A stretch of 64,000 bases of DNA from an uncultured Candidatus Saccharibacteria bacterium (GCA_964525295.1 CAZGEO010000002.1:193230-257229); one strand, 5' to 3'. Positions 1-8,747 are shown, numbered from the stretch's first letter. Translations and numbers: made by a program. The notes: generated from the letters alone by a model not told the origin.

Positions 1-1662
1 TTTTTCGGCGAGAGTTTTTATTGGAGTTGCGAAAAGAGTACCAAGTCTATCTGCAAGGAGTGTCATTATGAGAAGTGCAGCAATTCCAATCGACATAGTT
101 ACCGTTAGTTGGGTGGTTAATGGAGCTCTTGCTTCACGTTCGTCAGTTTCAACGATTAGACACCATGGCGTATTCAATATTGCGGTTGCATTACCAATTA
201 CTCGTACATTTCGGAAGTCTAGATATGTTTGTTTCAATATATCACCAGAAACATCTTTTGAATATTCCCTGTTATTACAATTTGCCACAGCCTGTGAAGC
301 AACAACTTCGTTAAGTAACAGCGATTCAGGATAATCACTTAATGGTGAGACGAGTTTCCCTTGCTCGTTAACTAGATATGCACGTTCAGTTCTGTTAAAT
401 ACTGTTTCGTGTATTACATGTTCATATACTTTTTCAGCTTCGAAATAAATTGATACATAGGCAATCGTGTCACCAGAAGAATTGAAGATCGGAGAAGAAA
501 CACTGTGATAGTAGTAATCGTTATATTTGGCAATATCAGAAAAAACACTCCTACCTTTTTCAATTGCATTTTCGGAAATGGGAAGACTAGGTAGATAATC
601 GCCTTGTGCCAGAAGAACTTTATTCTCTAGGTTGACGATTTCAATGCGAACGAACGTATCTGAAAGTGAGGTTAATTCATGAAGTTTTTCTTGCGCTAAC
701 TCAGTATAGGGGTTATTTTCTTTGTAACTATTCAATGCATATCTAATTAATGTTTCGTGACGTGAAATGACCCAGGTATGTGTTTCAAGCACATCAAGAT
801 GTGACGTTAACAGATCAAGATGTGAGCGTTGTATGAGTATCAATTGATTATTAATGGTAGTTGATAGGTTGTTTGCAAAGGTTGCAAAGAGGATAAACAT
901 TCCGATTAACAAGGTGACTGCAGGCGCGACAAGTCCGGTGGTAAACATTTTTGCTTTAATACTTCCGGTAAATGTGTTGAGTGGCAAGAGGACTTCTGAT
1001 TTTGTTAATACAAGAGTTAATAGCAATGGAATCATTGTTACAACAACTGCAATCATTCCTATAAATGCCACGTCAATACCGAAAATGGGCAGAACAACAT
1101 TTGTTGCTATCGCAATGAGAAGTGGAAAGCTAAGCATAGCAGTCAAATTTCGTCGAAGAATGTGTTCAGATTTGTCAGCTTGATGCAGTGCGTTGACGAA
1201 TAAGAGGATTACCATGGCTATTGTCAGAGTAGCATAGTAAAGACCGATTACTGGTTGCAGTTGACCAGGTACAGGAGAGAATCTTCCTTCGACGAGTACG
1301 ACGTCAGCAACGATTAAATTGGTAAAGAGTCTTAGATATCCAGCAAATGCAACCGGGATATACAGCAAAATTTGATAGGCAATGCGTTCTATTGGTGCAA
1401 AATTTATAAAGCGCAAAACAAAATGAAACAATGCGTTAAATGCAAAAAAGGAGAGTATTGTTCTTAGGCCTCCAATATACCAAGATATTTGCGCATTAGC
1501 AGCACTACTTGCCAAATAATCAGTTAAAGACCATATCGATGCAGCTAACGTGATTATTGCAAAATGTTTTGCTAGAGGTGTTTCGTGACCTTTAACATAA
1601 ATGATGATAGCGATAAGTAGCCCAATAAAGAAAATGATTAGTGGCAGATATGTTAATAGCAT
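1..1662 (-). CDS. Sensor histidine kinase-like membrane receptor, N-terminal part (multi-TM block, periplasmic Cache/PDC-like region, second TM, start of HAMP). The 3' end lies beyond the left window edge.
   Basis: Hand translation of the minus strand from ATG (plus-strand 'cat' at 1660-1662) gives an uninterrupted reading frame to position 1. It begins MLLTYLPLIIFFIGLLIAIIIYVKGHE with about six hydrophobic helices. A soluble stretch follows, then LTVTMSIGIAALLIMTLLADRLGTLFATPIKTLAEK (TM plus HAMP-like start). The ORF track omits it because no stop codon falls inside the window. Confidence 0.45.
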   Translation of the reverse strand, partial: MLLTYLPLIIFFIGLLIAIIIYVKGHETPLAKHFAIITLAASIWSLTDYLASSAANAQISWYIGGLRTILSFFAFNALFHFVLRFINFAPIERIAYQILLYIPVAFAGYLRLFTNLIVADVVLVEGRFSPVPGQLQPVIGLYYATLTIAMVILLFVNALHQADKSEHILRRNLTAMLSFPLLIAIATNVVLPIFGIDVAFIGMIAVVVTMIPLLLTLVLTKSEVLLPLNTFTGSIKAKMFTTGLVAPAVTLLIGMFILFATFANNLSTTINNQLILIQRSHLDLLTSHLDVLETHTWVISRHETLIRYALNSYKENNPYTELAQEKLHELTSLSDTFVRIEIVNLENKVLLAQGDYLPSLPISENAIEKGRSVFSDIAKYNDYYYHSVSSPIFNSSGDTIAYVSIYFEAEKVYEHVIHETVFNRTERAYLVNEQGKLVSPLSDYPESLLLNEVVASQAVANCNNREYSKDVSGDILKQTYLDFRNVRVIGNATAILNTPWCLIVETDEREARAPLTTQLTVTMSIGIAALLIMTLLADRLGTLFATPIKTLAEK

Positions 1663-1751
1663 TGAGCAGGGCTCGATAAAATTACAAAAATCTAGAATAA
1701 GTATAGAGTAATAATGGTTGAGTGTCTAGCTGTTCACGTGTACAATCACGT

Positions 1752-2825
1752 ATGACAGACCACAGTAAAGTTCAGCAATTTTTATACAAAAATATACTTA
1801 AACAAATTGCATTTTTGTTCGATCCCGGGGTAGTTCACGAGGGGTTTGTATCATTCGGAGAATTGGCTGGTCGTCTGAAGATTGGAAAAGCATTTGTTTC
1901 TGCGATGTATGGCTATCGTGGAGCAGATATCTCACGAGTAGTCGATGGTATTACCTATAAAACACCTGTTCTTCTATCAGCAGGTTTTGATTATAACGCT
2001 CGACTCGTTTCAATTTTGAATCATATGGGCTTTGGGGGTGAAGAAGTCGGTTCAATTACGGCACAACCTTGTAAGGGAAATGCAGGCACGCAATTAACTC
2101 GTGCAAAAAAATCAGAAAGTATAATTGTGTATAAAGGACTAAAAAATGACGGCGTCGAAAAGATCATAGCGAGGCTTAAAAGCAAACAAATTGATAAAGA
2201 TTTTGTAGTAGGAGTCAGTATTGCGCGAACAAATTCAGAATGCGCAGCAGATGATGCAGCAGGTATAGAAGATTATGCAACATCGTTTCGTCGGTTGAAT
2301 GAAGAAAATATTGGGCAATATTACACAATAAATATTTCATGCCCCAATGCTTTTGGTGGTGAAAGTTTTGCTGATCCTAAGCGATTACCAAAATTGCTTG
2401 AAAGACTACGCGAAATTCAATGTTCAAAACCAGTATACGTAAAAATGCCGATAAATGTACCCTGGGAACAATTTAAAGAATTAATTGACATTATTAGACA
2501 GTATAATTTGCAGGGCGTTGTGATTGGTAATCTTAACAAGAATTATGACGATTTAGATGTTCGGGCTGAAGCTCCAGAAGCTTATCGAGGTGGGTTAAGT
2601 GGAAAACCATGTCGAGAATTATCAAACAGCCTAATCGAAAATACTCGCAATTACGTTGGTAATGATTTTACGATTATTGGTGTTGGTGGCATTTTTACTC
2701 CAGAACATGCTATCGATAAGATGAAACGAGGAGCAAATCTCGTGCAACTTATTACCGGCATGATCTTTGAAGGACCACAGCTGATACGCGACATTTGTTA
2801 TCGTGTAGCACAAGAAAAAATTTAA
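1752..2825 (+). CDS. pyrD: Dihydroorotate dehydrogenase, class-2-like architecture (N-terminal extension, FMN/TIM-barrel motifs).
   Basis: GFGGEEVGSITAQPCKGN resembles the class-2 GFGSIEIGTVTPRPQPGN motif. YTINISCPN matches class-2 EINISSPN. The C-terminus LVQLITGMIFEGPQLIRDI is typical. The ATG at 1752 is preferred over the GTG at 1722, but the start is uncertain. Confidence 0.8.
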   Translation: MTDHSKVQQFLYKNILKQIAFLFDPGVVHEGFVSFGELAGRLKIGKAFVSAMYGYRGADISRVVDGITYKTPVLLSAGFDYNARLVSILNHMGFGGEEVGSITAQPCKGNAGTQLTRAKKSESIIVYKGLKNDGVEKIIARLKSKQIDKDFVVGVSIARTNSECAADDAAGIEDYATSFRRLNEENIGQYYTINISCPNAFGGESFADPKRLPKLLERLREIQCSKPVYVKMPINVPWEQFKELIDIIRQYNLQGVVIGNLNKNYDDLDVRAEAPEAYRGGLSGKPCRELSNSLIENTRNYVGNDFTIIGVGGIFTPEHAIDKMKRGANLVQLITGMIFEGPQLIRDICYRVAQEKI

Positions 2826-2831
2826 ATATTT

Positions 2832-4568
2832 GTGATATTATTCTCGAGTATGAAAAATTCCCCTCTAGCGTTATTACTGCAGGTATTAAAACGTAAAGAC
2901 CTTTTTTTGTTACAGGCTGCTTCACTTACTATTGTATTGATTAGCAATGGATTGTCTCTAGTTACGCCACAGCTTGCTGCAAAAATTATTGATGACTATT
3001 TTGCAGGTAATCGTGTGCTCGTGACGTGGTTGCCTTTGGTTGTTTTTATTCTTACAGGTACAGTTATTGCCAGCTTTCTTCAGAATTTTCTTTCTGGAGT
3101 ACTTTCAGAAAAGGTTGCCTTTGTATTGCGAGAGAAGTTAATAGAAAAATATCTTGCACAGCAATATTCCTTTATTTTGAATCTAAAAACTTCAAAAATA
3201 ATGACGGTCATCGGGAGCGATGTCAACTCATTGAAGCAGTTGATCAGTCAATTAATAAATGGCATTTTAACCGCAGTAATTCTGTTGTTCGGTAGTATTT
3301 ATTTGATGTTCGCAATAAATGTTCGCTTAACGATTGTGGTTCTATTAATTGTTCCAACAAGTTTACTCTTGGTCACAACTGTTATCAAAAAAGCTCGCGA
3401 ACTCTTTACTCGAGCACAAGGCGTACGAGATGCAATGAATCGGATCATTGACGAAAACATTAAGGCGGCAATGTTGATTAGGGTCTTTGTTTCTGAAACA
3501 ACAGAAACCGATAAATTCAAGAATGCGAATACCGAAACCAAAACAGTTGGCACACAAATAGTAAAGATCTTTTCGTTGGTATTGCCAATTTTACAATCGA
3601 CTAACTTGCTAGGAACTTTATTAGTATTACTGATTGGTGGGCAGGCGGTTATGACAGGCGAAATGAGTTTGGGTGATCTTTCTGCTTTCAATAATTACGT
3701 GATTATGTTTACCATGCCAATTCTCATGTTAAGCTTCATATTTTCTTCATTAGGGCAGGCATTCGCATCGCTGGGAAGAATCAATGAATTATTGAGTGCT
3801 GAGTCAGGATTCATTGATGGAACTGAAGAATTGAAAGCATTTGAAGAGTTACAGGCCAAAGGTGTGTCGTTTGAAGTAGATGGAAATCGTATTATCAACG
3901 AGATTGATTTCAAAATTAAGAAAGGTGAACATGTAGGTATCGTAGGTCTGAATGGTTCAGGAAAAACCATGTTGCTAAACTTATTGACACGCCAACTAGA
4001 TGCGACTTCCGGAGAAATTTTGATAAATGACAAAGCGATCGCCTCATATAGATTGTCAGATATAAGAAAGCTTTTGGGCTTCGCCTTTCAAGAAAATTTT
4101 GTTCTAGATGCATCGATTTATCAGAATATCGATTTCGGTAGAGCATTGCCCGCAGACGCAGTATTGCGAGCTGCAGAGATTGCAGAAGTAACAGAATTTT
4201 CGACAAAATTTGAAGACGGTTTACAACATCAGGTAGGTGAAAGAGGAACAACTTTATCTGGTGGCCAGAAGCAACGAATTATGATCGCTCGCTCATTAGC
4301 TGAAGAACCGGAATTATTACTTCTAGACGATGTTACCAGTATGCTTGATGTAGTTACTGAACAGCGAATTTTAAAGAATATTCGTGAACAATATCCAAAT
4401 ATTGCAATAATAATTATTTCTCAGAAAATTGTTTCATTAAAAGAATGTGACAGAATTTATGTTTTAGAGCAAGGAAAAAATGAAGCAACTGGCAATCATG
4501 AACAGTTATTGAAAAAATCTACACTATACGAAGAAATTGAATTAACCCAACGAAATTATCGTCATTAA
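2832..4568 (+). CDS. ABC exporter subunit (TMD-NBD fusion, type IV/B-family), carrying the degenerate NBD.
   Basis: Six N-terminal TM helices. Walker A GLNGSGKT and canonical signature LSGGQKQR. Walker B LLLLDD has Asp in place of the catalytic Glu. The H-loop is ISQ instead of xxH. The GTG at 2832 or the ATG at 2850 could be the start. Confidence 0.85.
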   Translation: MILFSSMKNSPLALLLQVLKRKDLFLLQAASLTIVLISNGLSLVTPQLAAKIIDDYFAGNRVLVTWLPLVVFILTGTVIASFLQNFLSGVLSEKVAFVLREKLIEKYLAQQYSFILNLKTSKIMTVIGSDVNSLKQLISQLINGILTAVILLFGSIYLMFAINVRLTIVVLLIVPTSLLLVTTVIKKARELFTRAQGVRDAMNRIIDENIKAAMLIRVFVSETTETDKFKNANTETKTVGTQIVKIFSLVLPILQSTNLLGTLLVLLIGGQAVMTGEMSLGDLSAFNNYVIMFTMPILMLSFIFSSLGQAFASLGRINELLSAESGFIDGTEELKAFEELQAKGVSFEVDGNRIINEIDFKIKKGEHVGIVGLNGSGKTMLLNLLTRQLDATSGEILINDKAIASYRLSDIRKLLGFAFQENFVLDASIYQNIDFGRALPADAVLRAAEIAEVTEFSTKFEDGLQHQVGERGTTLSGGQKQRIMIARSLAEEPELLLLDDVTSMLDVVTEQRILKNIREQYPNIAIIIISQKIVSLKECDRIYVLEQGKNEATGNHEQLLKKSTLYEEIELTQRNYRH

Positions 4569-4570
4569 CC

Positions 4571-6334
4571 ATGGACTACACATTAAAGGAAAATAAAAAA
4601 ACAACGACTTTGGGCGGAAAGTTGATTCTTAAGCAATTCCTCGCATATAAAAAACAGGTTGCCATTATTGTTGCAATGCTTTCAATTGCTACTGTGGCAA
4701 CAACTGTTTCTCCGCTGATTATTCGTCGTGCAATTGATGTTGATATTGCAGCGAAAAGTGTCACCGGCTTACTATACACAGTAGGAATTTTGGCGATTTG
4801 TATTTTGATTTCATTTACCGCCAGATTTATCCAAATGCGCATGACTGGCGCTTTAGGTCAAGAAATTTTGTTCTCAATTCGCTCACAGGTTTTCACCAAA
4901 TTACAATCGCTACCTCTGAAATTCTTTTCGCAGAATCAAACAGGAGATATTATTCAGCGATTGACTGGAAATGTCGATTCGATTAACAATTTTTTCTCTG
5001 AAGGGATTATGCGCTTGCTTGGTATGGTTTTCGGCCTAATTGCGCAATCAATTTTCATGTTTTGGGCAGATTGGCGAATAGGCTTAATCGCTACTGCCGG
5101 TGGTATCGCGATAATTATATTCTTGCGCATTCAGGGGATATACTTGGAGCGCGCAATTAAGCAGTCGTTAAAAATTGAAGGACAGGGGTCGGCATACATT
5201 CAGGAGTCTTTAAACGGTTTCCGGTCAATTGTTCAATATAATCAAGCAGAAACCTTTAAAAAGAAAATCATCGATAAAAATCTAGAATTTCTGAAGGCAA
5301 CATACAAAGCTGGTGCAATTTCAGCTACATCTGAAAGTTTTCTAGGATTGATTTCGTTAACCGCGACAATTATTATATTGTTTCAATCACTATCATTCTA
5401 CGCAGCTGGAAATATGACCCAAGGTACGGTAATTCTATTTCTCGCTTATTCAGTTACCTATTTTAGGCAATTAGGAGGTATTTCTGACCTCTGGTTAATT
5501 ATTCAGCGGGGGATTGCATCTGCATCAAGAATTGCTGAGCTATTGCAACTTCAAAATGACTTGCACAGTAAAGAAGAAGCGTATGTGCCTGAAAAAGGTA
5601 AAATCGAAGGCAAAGTTGAATTCAGGAATGTCGAATTCTCGTATGGAAGTAAAACTCCAGTTTTGAAAAATTTGAGTTTCTGTGTAGAGAAAGGTCAAAG
5701 TATTGCCATTATTGGTCCCACCGGCGCGGGAAAAACTACTTTTGTAAATCTTATCGCTCGATTATACGATGTTGATAAGGGGAGTATTTTGGTTGATGAT
5801 ATTGATGTTAGGGATTGGAATATTGATGAGTTACGAAAGAGCATCGGATATTTAATTCAGGATACTTTTTTGTTTGAAGACACAATCTTGAATAATATTC
5901 GTTACAACAATCAAGAAGTCACTAAACAACAAGCTGTTGAAATGTTTGAATATCTTGGTGCAAAAGATTTTTTGGTGTCTTTACCTGAAGGCATTGATAC
6001 GAAGTTAGAATCAGGTGGCGAAAATATCAGTGCAGGGCAACGACAAGTGATCGCATTAGTGCGTGTACTTTTGCGCGATCCACGAATACTTATTCTCGAT
6101 GAAGCGACGTCACGCATTGATACAAAGTCAGAAAAAATGATTCAGAAAGCGATCGAAAAGGCAAATGTTGGTCGTACCAGTTTCATCATTGCGCATAGAT
6201 TGAGTACCATTTTCAATGCAGATCAAATCGTTCTCGTGCAAGATAATCAAATTCTTGAACAAGGTACACATGATGAGTTGATTGCAAGAAAAGGGGTATA
6301 TTTCGAATTATATTCGAAGTTTGTAGGAAACTAG
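4571..6334 (+). CDS. ABC exporter subunit (TMD-NBD fusion), carrying the canonical NBD; partner of the upstream gene.
   Basis: Walker A GPTGAGKT, Walker B ILILDEAT and H-loop IIAHRLST are all canonical. The signature is the deviant ISAGQRQ. The start codon lies 3 nt after the upstream stop. Confidence 0.85.
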   Translation: MDYTLKENKKTTTLGGKLILKQFLAYKKQVAIIVAMLSIATVATTVSPLIIRRAIDVDIAAKSVTGLLYTVGILAICILISFTARFIQMRMTGALGQEILFSIRSQVFTKLQSLPLKFFSQNQTGDIIQRLTGNVDSINNFFSEGIMRLLGMVFGLIAQSIFMFWADWRIGLIATAGGIAIIIFLRIQGIYLERAIKQSLKIEGQGSAYIQESLNGFRSIVQYNQAETFKKKIIDKNLEFLKATYKAGAISATSESFLGLISLTATIIILFQSLSFYAAGNMTQGTVILFLAYSVTYFRQLGGISDLWLIIQRGIASASRIAELLQLQNDLHSKEEAYVPEKGKIEGKVEFRNVEFSYGSKTPVLKNLSFCVEKGQSIAIIGPTGAGKTTFVNLIARLYDVDKGSILVDDIDVRDWNIDELRKSIGYLIQDTFLFEDTILNNIRYNNQEVTKQQAVEMFEYLGAKDFLVSLPEGIDTKLESGGENISAGQRQVIALVRVLLRDPRILILDEATSRIDTKSEKMIQKAIEKANVGRTSFIIAHRLSTIFNADQIVLVQDNQILEQGTHDELIARKGVYFELYSKFVGN

Positions 6335-7533
6335 GATTCAACAGTTTTTGATTGCACCTGATTTTTTCCAAGCAGCGATAGTGCAAGTCCGATAAAGAAT
6401 AATATTCCAATAAAGGCTACTGCCCAGGCGACAGATGTGTACTGCAAAAATGCTCCCCAACCAGCTATCATGATGGTTGCACCAACGCTTCCTAGAAGAT
6501 TAATTATTGACATTGCTGTTGCTCTAGTTTTTCCTTCAAGCCGGTCGTGAACATTTTGCTCAGCAACCGTGTCGAGTAGCTCACTTCCTATTAGTGCGAT
6601 AAACAAGAAGAAAAGTGAAAAAAATTGATTTGCCACTATTGCAAGCAAAAGAAATGCAAAAGCGAGTGTAAAATTGGCAATCCTAGTCAACAACACGGTA
6701 TTCCATTTACTTAATAGGGTAACAATTCCTGCCAATACAGATTTGATGATGTAGAGAAATGCCATAAACCCTGCAATGAATGTAATATTGAAGCCCGCTT
6801 CGCTGAGAATTGGCGTGTAGAACCACTTCATATTAACGGCAAGGGCATCTGAAAGTACGAAGAGAACGATTGGAATATACAGTTCAGTTCGCTTAAGAAC
6901 AAATGCAAAAGATTCAGAAGTATGCTTAAGATAATTTTCTTGTTGTAATTGCATACCTTTCTTAGTTGTTTCAGGTTCTTTCATGAAAAGAATGGCGATT
7001 GCACCTGCAAGCATAAAAGGAAAAGGTAAGATTAATGTAGCGTGAATGAATTGTGGTGTTAAAAGTCCGCCAATAAATATGCACAAAGCCATGAAACCAG
7101 TAAAAAGTGATCGACCAAGGCTGGCTATACGCTTAAATTCTTCGGTTTTGCCAATATCTGCAAGAGTATCGTAAATGAGCGATGAATCAGCACCCGAGAT
7201 GAAAGCTTTGCCAACACTTTTGATGAGAAAAAGTAGTAAAATAATGCCATAACCTTCTACAAATGGAAGAAATACGAATGGCAGTGAATTCAAAATATAG
7301 CCAATTGCAACTGAATAACGCCGAGATATTTTGTCAGCAAGTACACCAGTTGGTATTTCAAGAAAAATTAGGGCAAATTCCTGTAATCCAAGAAGAAAAG
7401 TTGCTTGAAGTGGAGAAAGATCCTTATATTCGGTTAGGTATAAGTAAAGAATTGGCAACCAAAAAAAGGGAATCCAGAATGTTTTTGCAAAGAGAAAAAG
7501 AAGAATATTACGATTTTGGAGGAGTTGTTTCAT
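6331..7533 (-). CDS. MFS-type transporter (about 12 TM).
   Basis: 400 aa, hydrophobic throughout. The N-terminal motif LEIPTGVLADKISRR resembles the MFS loop between TM2 and TM3. It is a paralog of the CDS at 17428-18609 (EVPTGALSDIIGKK). Confidence 0.7.
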   Translation of the reverse strand: MKQLLQNRNILLFLFAKTFWIPFFWLPILYLYLTEYKDLSPLQATFLLGLQEFALIFLEIPTGVLADKISRRYSVAIGYILNSLPFVFLPFVEGYGIILLLFLIKSVGKAFISGADSSLIYDTLADIGKTEEFKRIASLGRSLFTGFMALCIFIGGLLTPQFIHATLILPFPFMLAGAIAILFMKEPETTKKGMQLQQENYLKHTSESFAFVLKRTELYIPIVLFVLSDALAVNMKWFYTPILSEAGFNITFIAGFMAFLYIIKSVLAGIVTLLSKWNTVLLTRIANFTLAFAFLLLAIVANQFFSLFFLFIALIGSELLDTVAEQNVHDRLEGKTRATAMSIINLLGSVGATIMIAGWGAFLQYTSVAWAVAFIGILFFIGLALSLLGKNQVQSKTVES

Positions 7534-7975
7534 TGCTGTTTGTAACGTTCCCGATCTTTTTTAAATAAATTAACAAGCCTTTTCTTGCCGGTTCAAATAG
7601 GTCCAATTCTAATATTTTCTCAACAGGAAGAAACTGCCAATTAGTTCTTTTTTCATCTAAATCGTCTCCTAACTCACCTGAGATAGGCTCACCTACAAAG
7701 CCAAATGATTTATACCAATGATTTTGGTCTTCTCTATAGAATTCAATCTCGTATGCTAAATACTTTATACGACATTTAAGACCTTTTCCGTAATTGCCAC
7801 CCGTTTCTTCGTAGATTTCTCTCAATGCAGCTTCTTCGTATGTTTCTCCTGTAATTTCACCTTCCCAATGCCCACCAGGAAAAGCCCATTTCTTTTTATT
7901 GCCGTCATATCCTACCAATATCTGACCTTTGGAATCTTCAACAATGCATGCGACACCAATAATGTAATTTTTCAT
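7508..7975 (-). CDS. NUDIX hydrolase.
   Basis: Nudix box GGHWEGEITGETYEEAALREIYEETG (GX5EX7REUXEEXGU). The start was moved to the internal ATG (MKNYIIGV, 'cat' at 7973-7975). The longer track ORF runs through the tRNA-Pro gene. Confidence 0.75.
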   Translation of the reverse strand: MKNYIIGVACIVEDSKGQILVGYDGNKKKWAFPGGHWEGEITGETYEEAALREIYEETGGNYGKGLKCRIKYLAYEIEFYREDQNHWYKSFGFVGEPISGELGDDLDEKRTNWQFLPVEKILELDLFEPARKGLLIYLKKIGNVTNSNETTPPKS

Positions 7976-8001
7976 ACTGAATGTAGAGTCTAATATTAGA
8001 A

Positions 8002-8037
8002 TCGAAGTGACAAGACTCGAACTCGCGATCCCACGTC
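8002..8037 (-). repeat. Fragment resembling the 3' half of a tRNA (anticodon-stem 3' strand, variable loop, T-arm, acceptor 3' strand). It lies 15 nt downstream of tRNA-Pro and has no matching 5' half.
   Basis: Minus-sense GACGTGGGATCGCGAGTTCGAGTCTTGTCACTTCGA is collinear with tRNA-Pro GCGTGGGGTCGCAAGTTCGAGTCTTGTCACTCCGA. It keeps a TTCGAGT T-loop and a CACTTCG 3' acceptor strand. Confidence 0.5.
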
Positions 8038-8052
8038 CTCTTTCTGGCATGC

Positions 8053-8125
8053 TCGGAGTGACAAGACTCGAACTTGCGACCCCACGCACCCCATGCGTGT
8101 ATTCTACCAACTGAACTACACTCCG
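8053..8125 (-). tRNA. tRNA-Pro (anticodon GGG).
   Basis: Hand-folded cloverleaf. Acceptor CGGAGTG/CACTCCG (7 bp). D-stem GTTC/GAAT. Anticodon stem CACGC/GCGTG with loop ATGGGGT (U33, G37). T-arm GCAAG-TTCGAGT-CTTGT. Discriminator A; no CCA encoded. Confidence 0.8.
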
Positions 8126-8162
8126 AGCATACCATCTCTCTCCCCCTGGGAAAGAGTCTTCT

Positions 8163-8177
8163 CATGCGTGTATTCTA
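8163..8177. repeat. Exact 15-nt copy (catgcgtgtattcta) of the tRNA-Pro internal segment 8092-8106 (D-loop to anticodon-stem region), lying 71 bp away in the tRNA 5' flank.
   Basis: Direct string match. The extended match catgcgtgtattcta(c/t)caa is 18 of 19 identical. Confidence 0.5.
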
Positions 8178-8255
8178 TCAAAGAAATAACATTCTCAGTA
8201 GGGGTAAGTCAAAAGTAATGGAAAAAATTGTCGGTGACGAGGTAAGGGTTTTAGG

Positions 8256-8315
8256 AAAAAAGAGGCAACAGACAGCGCGGGATGCGGGAATCATGCTGAG
8301 AGGAGCCTCTTTTTT
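8256..8315. terminator. Palindromic hairpin with an 11-bp perfect stem, AAAAAAGAGGC ... GCCTCTTTTTT, and a 38-nt structured loop. It lies just downstream of the minus-strand gene ending at 8328 and may act as a bidirectional terminator.
   Basis: Perfect inverted repeat 8256-8266 / 8305-8315, with an A-run and a T-run on either side so that a U-tract follows the stem on both strands. The long loop makes it atypical. Confidence 0.4.
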
Positions 8316-8327
8316 AATGGAGTTAGA

Positions 8328-8525
8328 TTAGAATTTTTCCCAACCCCAGATGACAACACCCCATCCGACAAAAGCAGCACCAACCAAAATGGCGGCAAGG
8401 CCTTCAATCTGGGGGATTTCGCCAGTTAGTCCAAACAAAATACCAATTCCTGCCCCAAAAAGGAGCAAGGTTATACATAAGGCGGTCAATAGAGCAAAAG
8501 CAATTTTTCCAAGCATTTTCTTCAT
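8328..8525 (-). CDS. Small membrane protein (2 TM), hypothetical.
   Basis: MKKMLGKIAFALLTALCITLLLFGAGIGILFGL... ending WGWEKF. A GGAAAG RBS lies 5 nt upstream of the ATG at 8525. The track ORF begins at an upstream TTG. Confidence 0.5.
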   Translation of the reverse strand: MKKMLGKIAFALLTALCITLLLFGAGIGILFGLTGEIPQIEGLAAILVGAAFVGWGVVIWGWEKF

Positions 8526-8708
8526 GTTTCTTTCCTTTTGATTGCATCCCAGCAAGATTCCGAAAAATCCTCTTGGAATGCAATCAAGTCTGTTGCCTCA
8601 ATTGTTTATGAGCGAGCAGTAGAAAATTCATACTGTAGTAGAATTATATAATACTACAGGATACCAGTCAAGCAAGTGAACTTGACTCTTTATGAAAAGT
8701 AAAAGGCC

Positions 8709-8738
8709 TTGACACCCCCCAGGGGTGTCTGTTAAAAT
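8709..8738 (+). promoter_or_regulatory. Sigma70-like promoter (TTGACA - 18 nt - TAAAAT) whose spacer contains the palindrome GACACCCC-cca-GGGGTGTC. Probable autoregulatory operator for the CsoR-family gene downstream.
   Basis: TTGACA at 8709-8714 and TAAAAT at 8733-8738. An 8-bp perfect inverted repeat at 8711-8718 / 8722-8729. G/C-tract pseudo-palindromes of the ACCCC...GGGGT type are the known CsoR operator type. Confidence 0.55.
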
Positions 8739-8747
8739 GTTAGTGTA

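Noticed and set aside
3299-4251. Several 60-130 aa minus-strand ORFs inside the ABC exporter genes. Similar antisense ORFs occur inside topA, rpsB, gatA, recJ and elsewhere.
   Set aside because: They are antisense to long, well-supported CDSs with clear motifs, and they have low-complexity or Arg/Leu-rich translations typical of out-of-frame reading.
7263-7568. A 101-aa plus-strand ORF overlapping the MFS transporter and NUDIX genes.
   Set aside because: It is antisense to two confident CDSs and has no independent support.
8074-8331. An 85-aa plus-strand ORF and a 75-aa minus-strand ORF (7938-8165) covering the tRNA-Pro gene.
   Set aside because: They run through a tRNA gene and its flanks, have no RBS, and their codon composition is poor. 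They are artefacts of the ORF caller, which also uses GTG and TTG starts.
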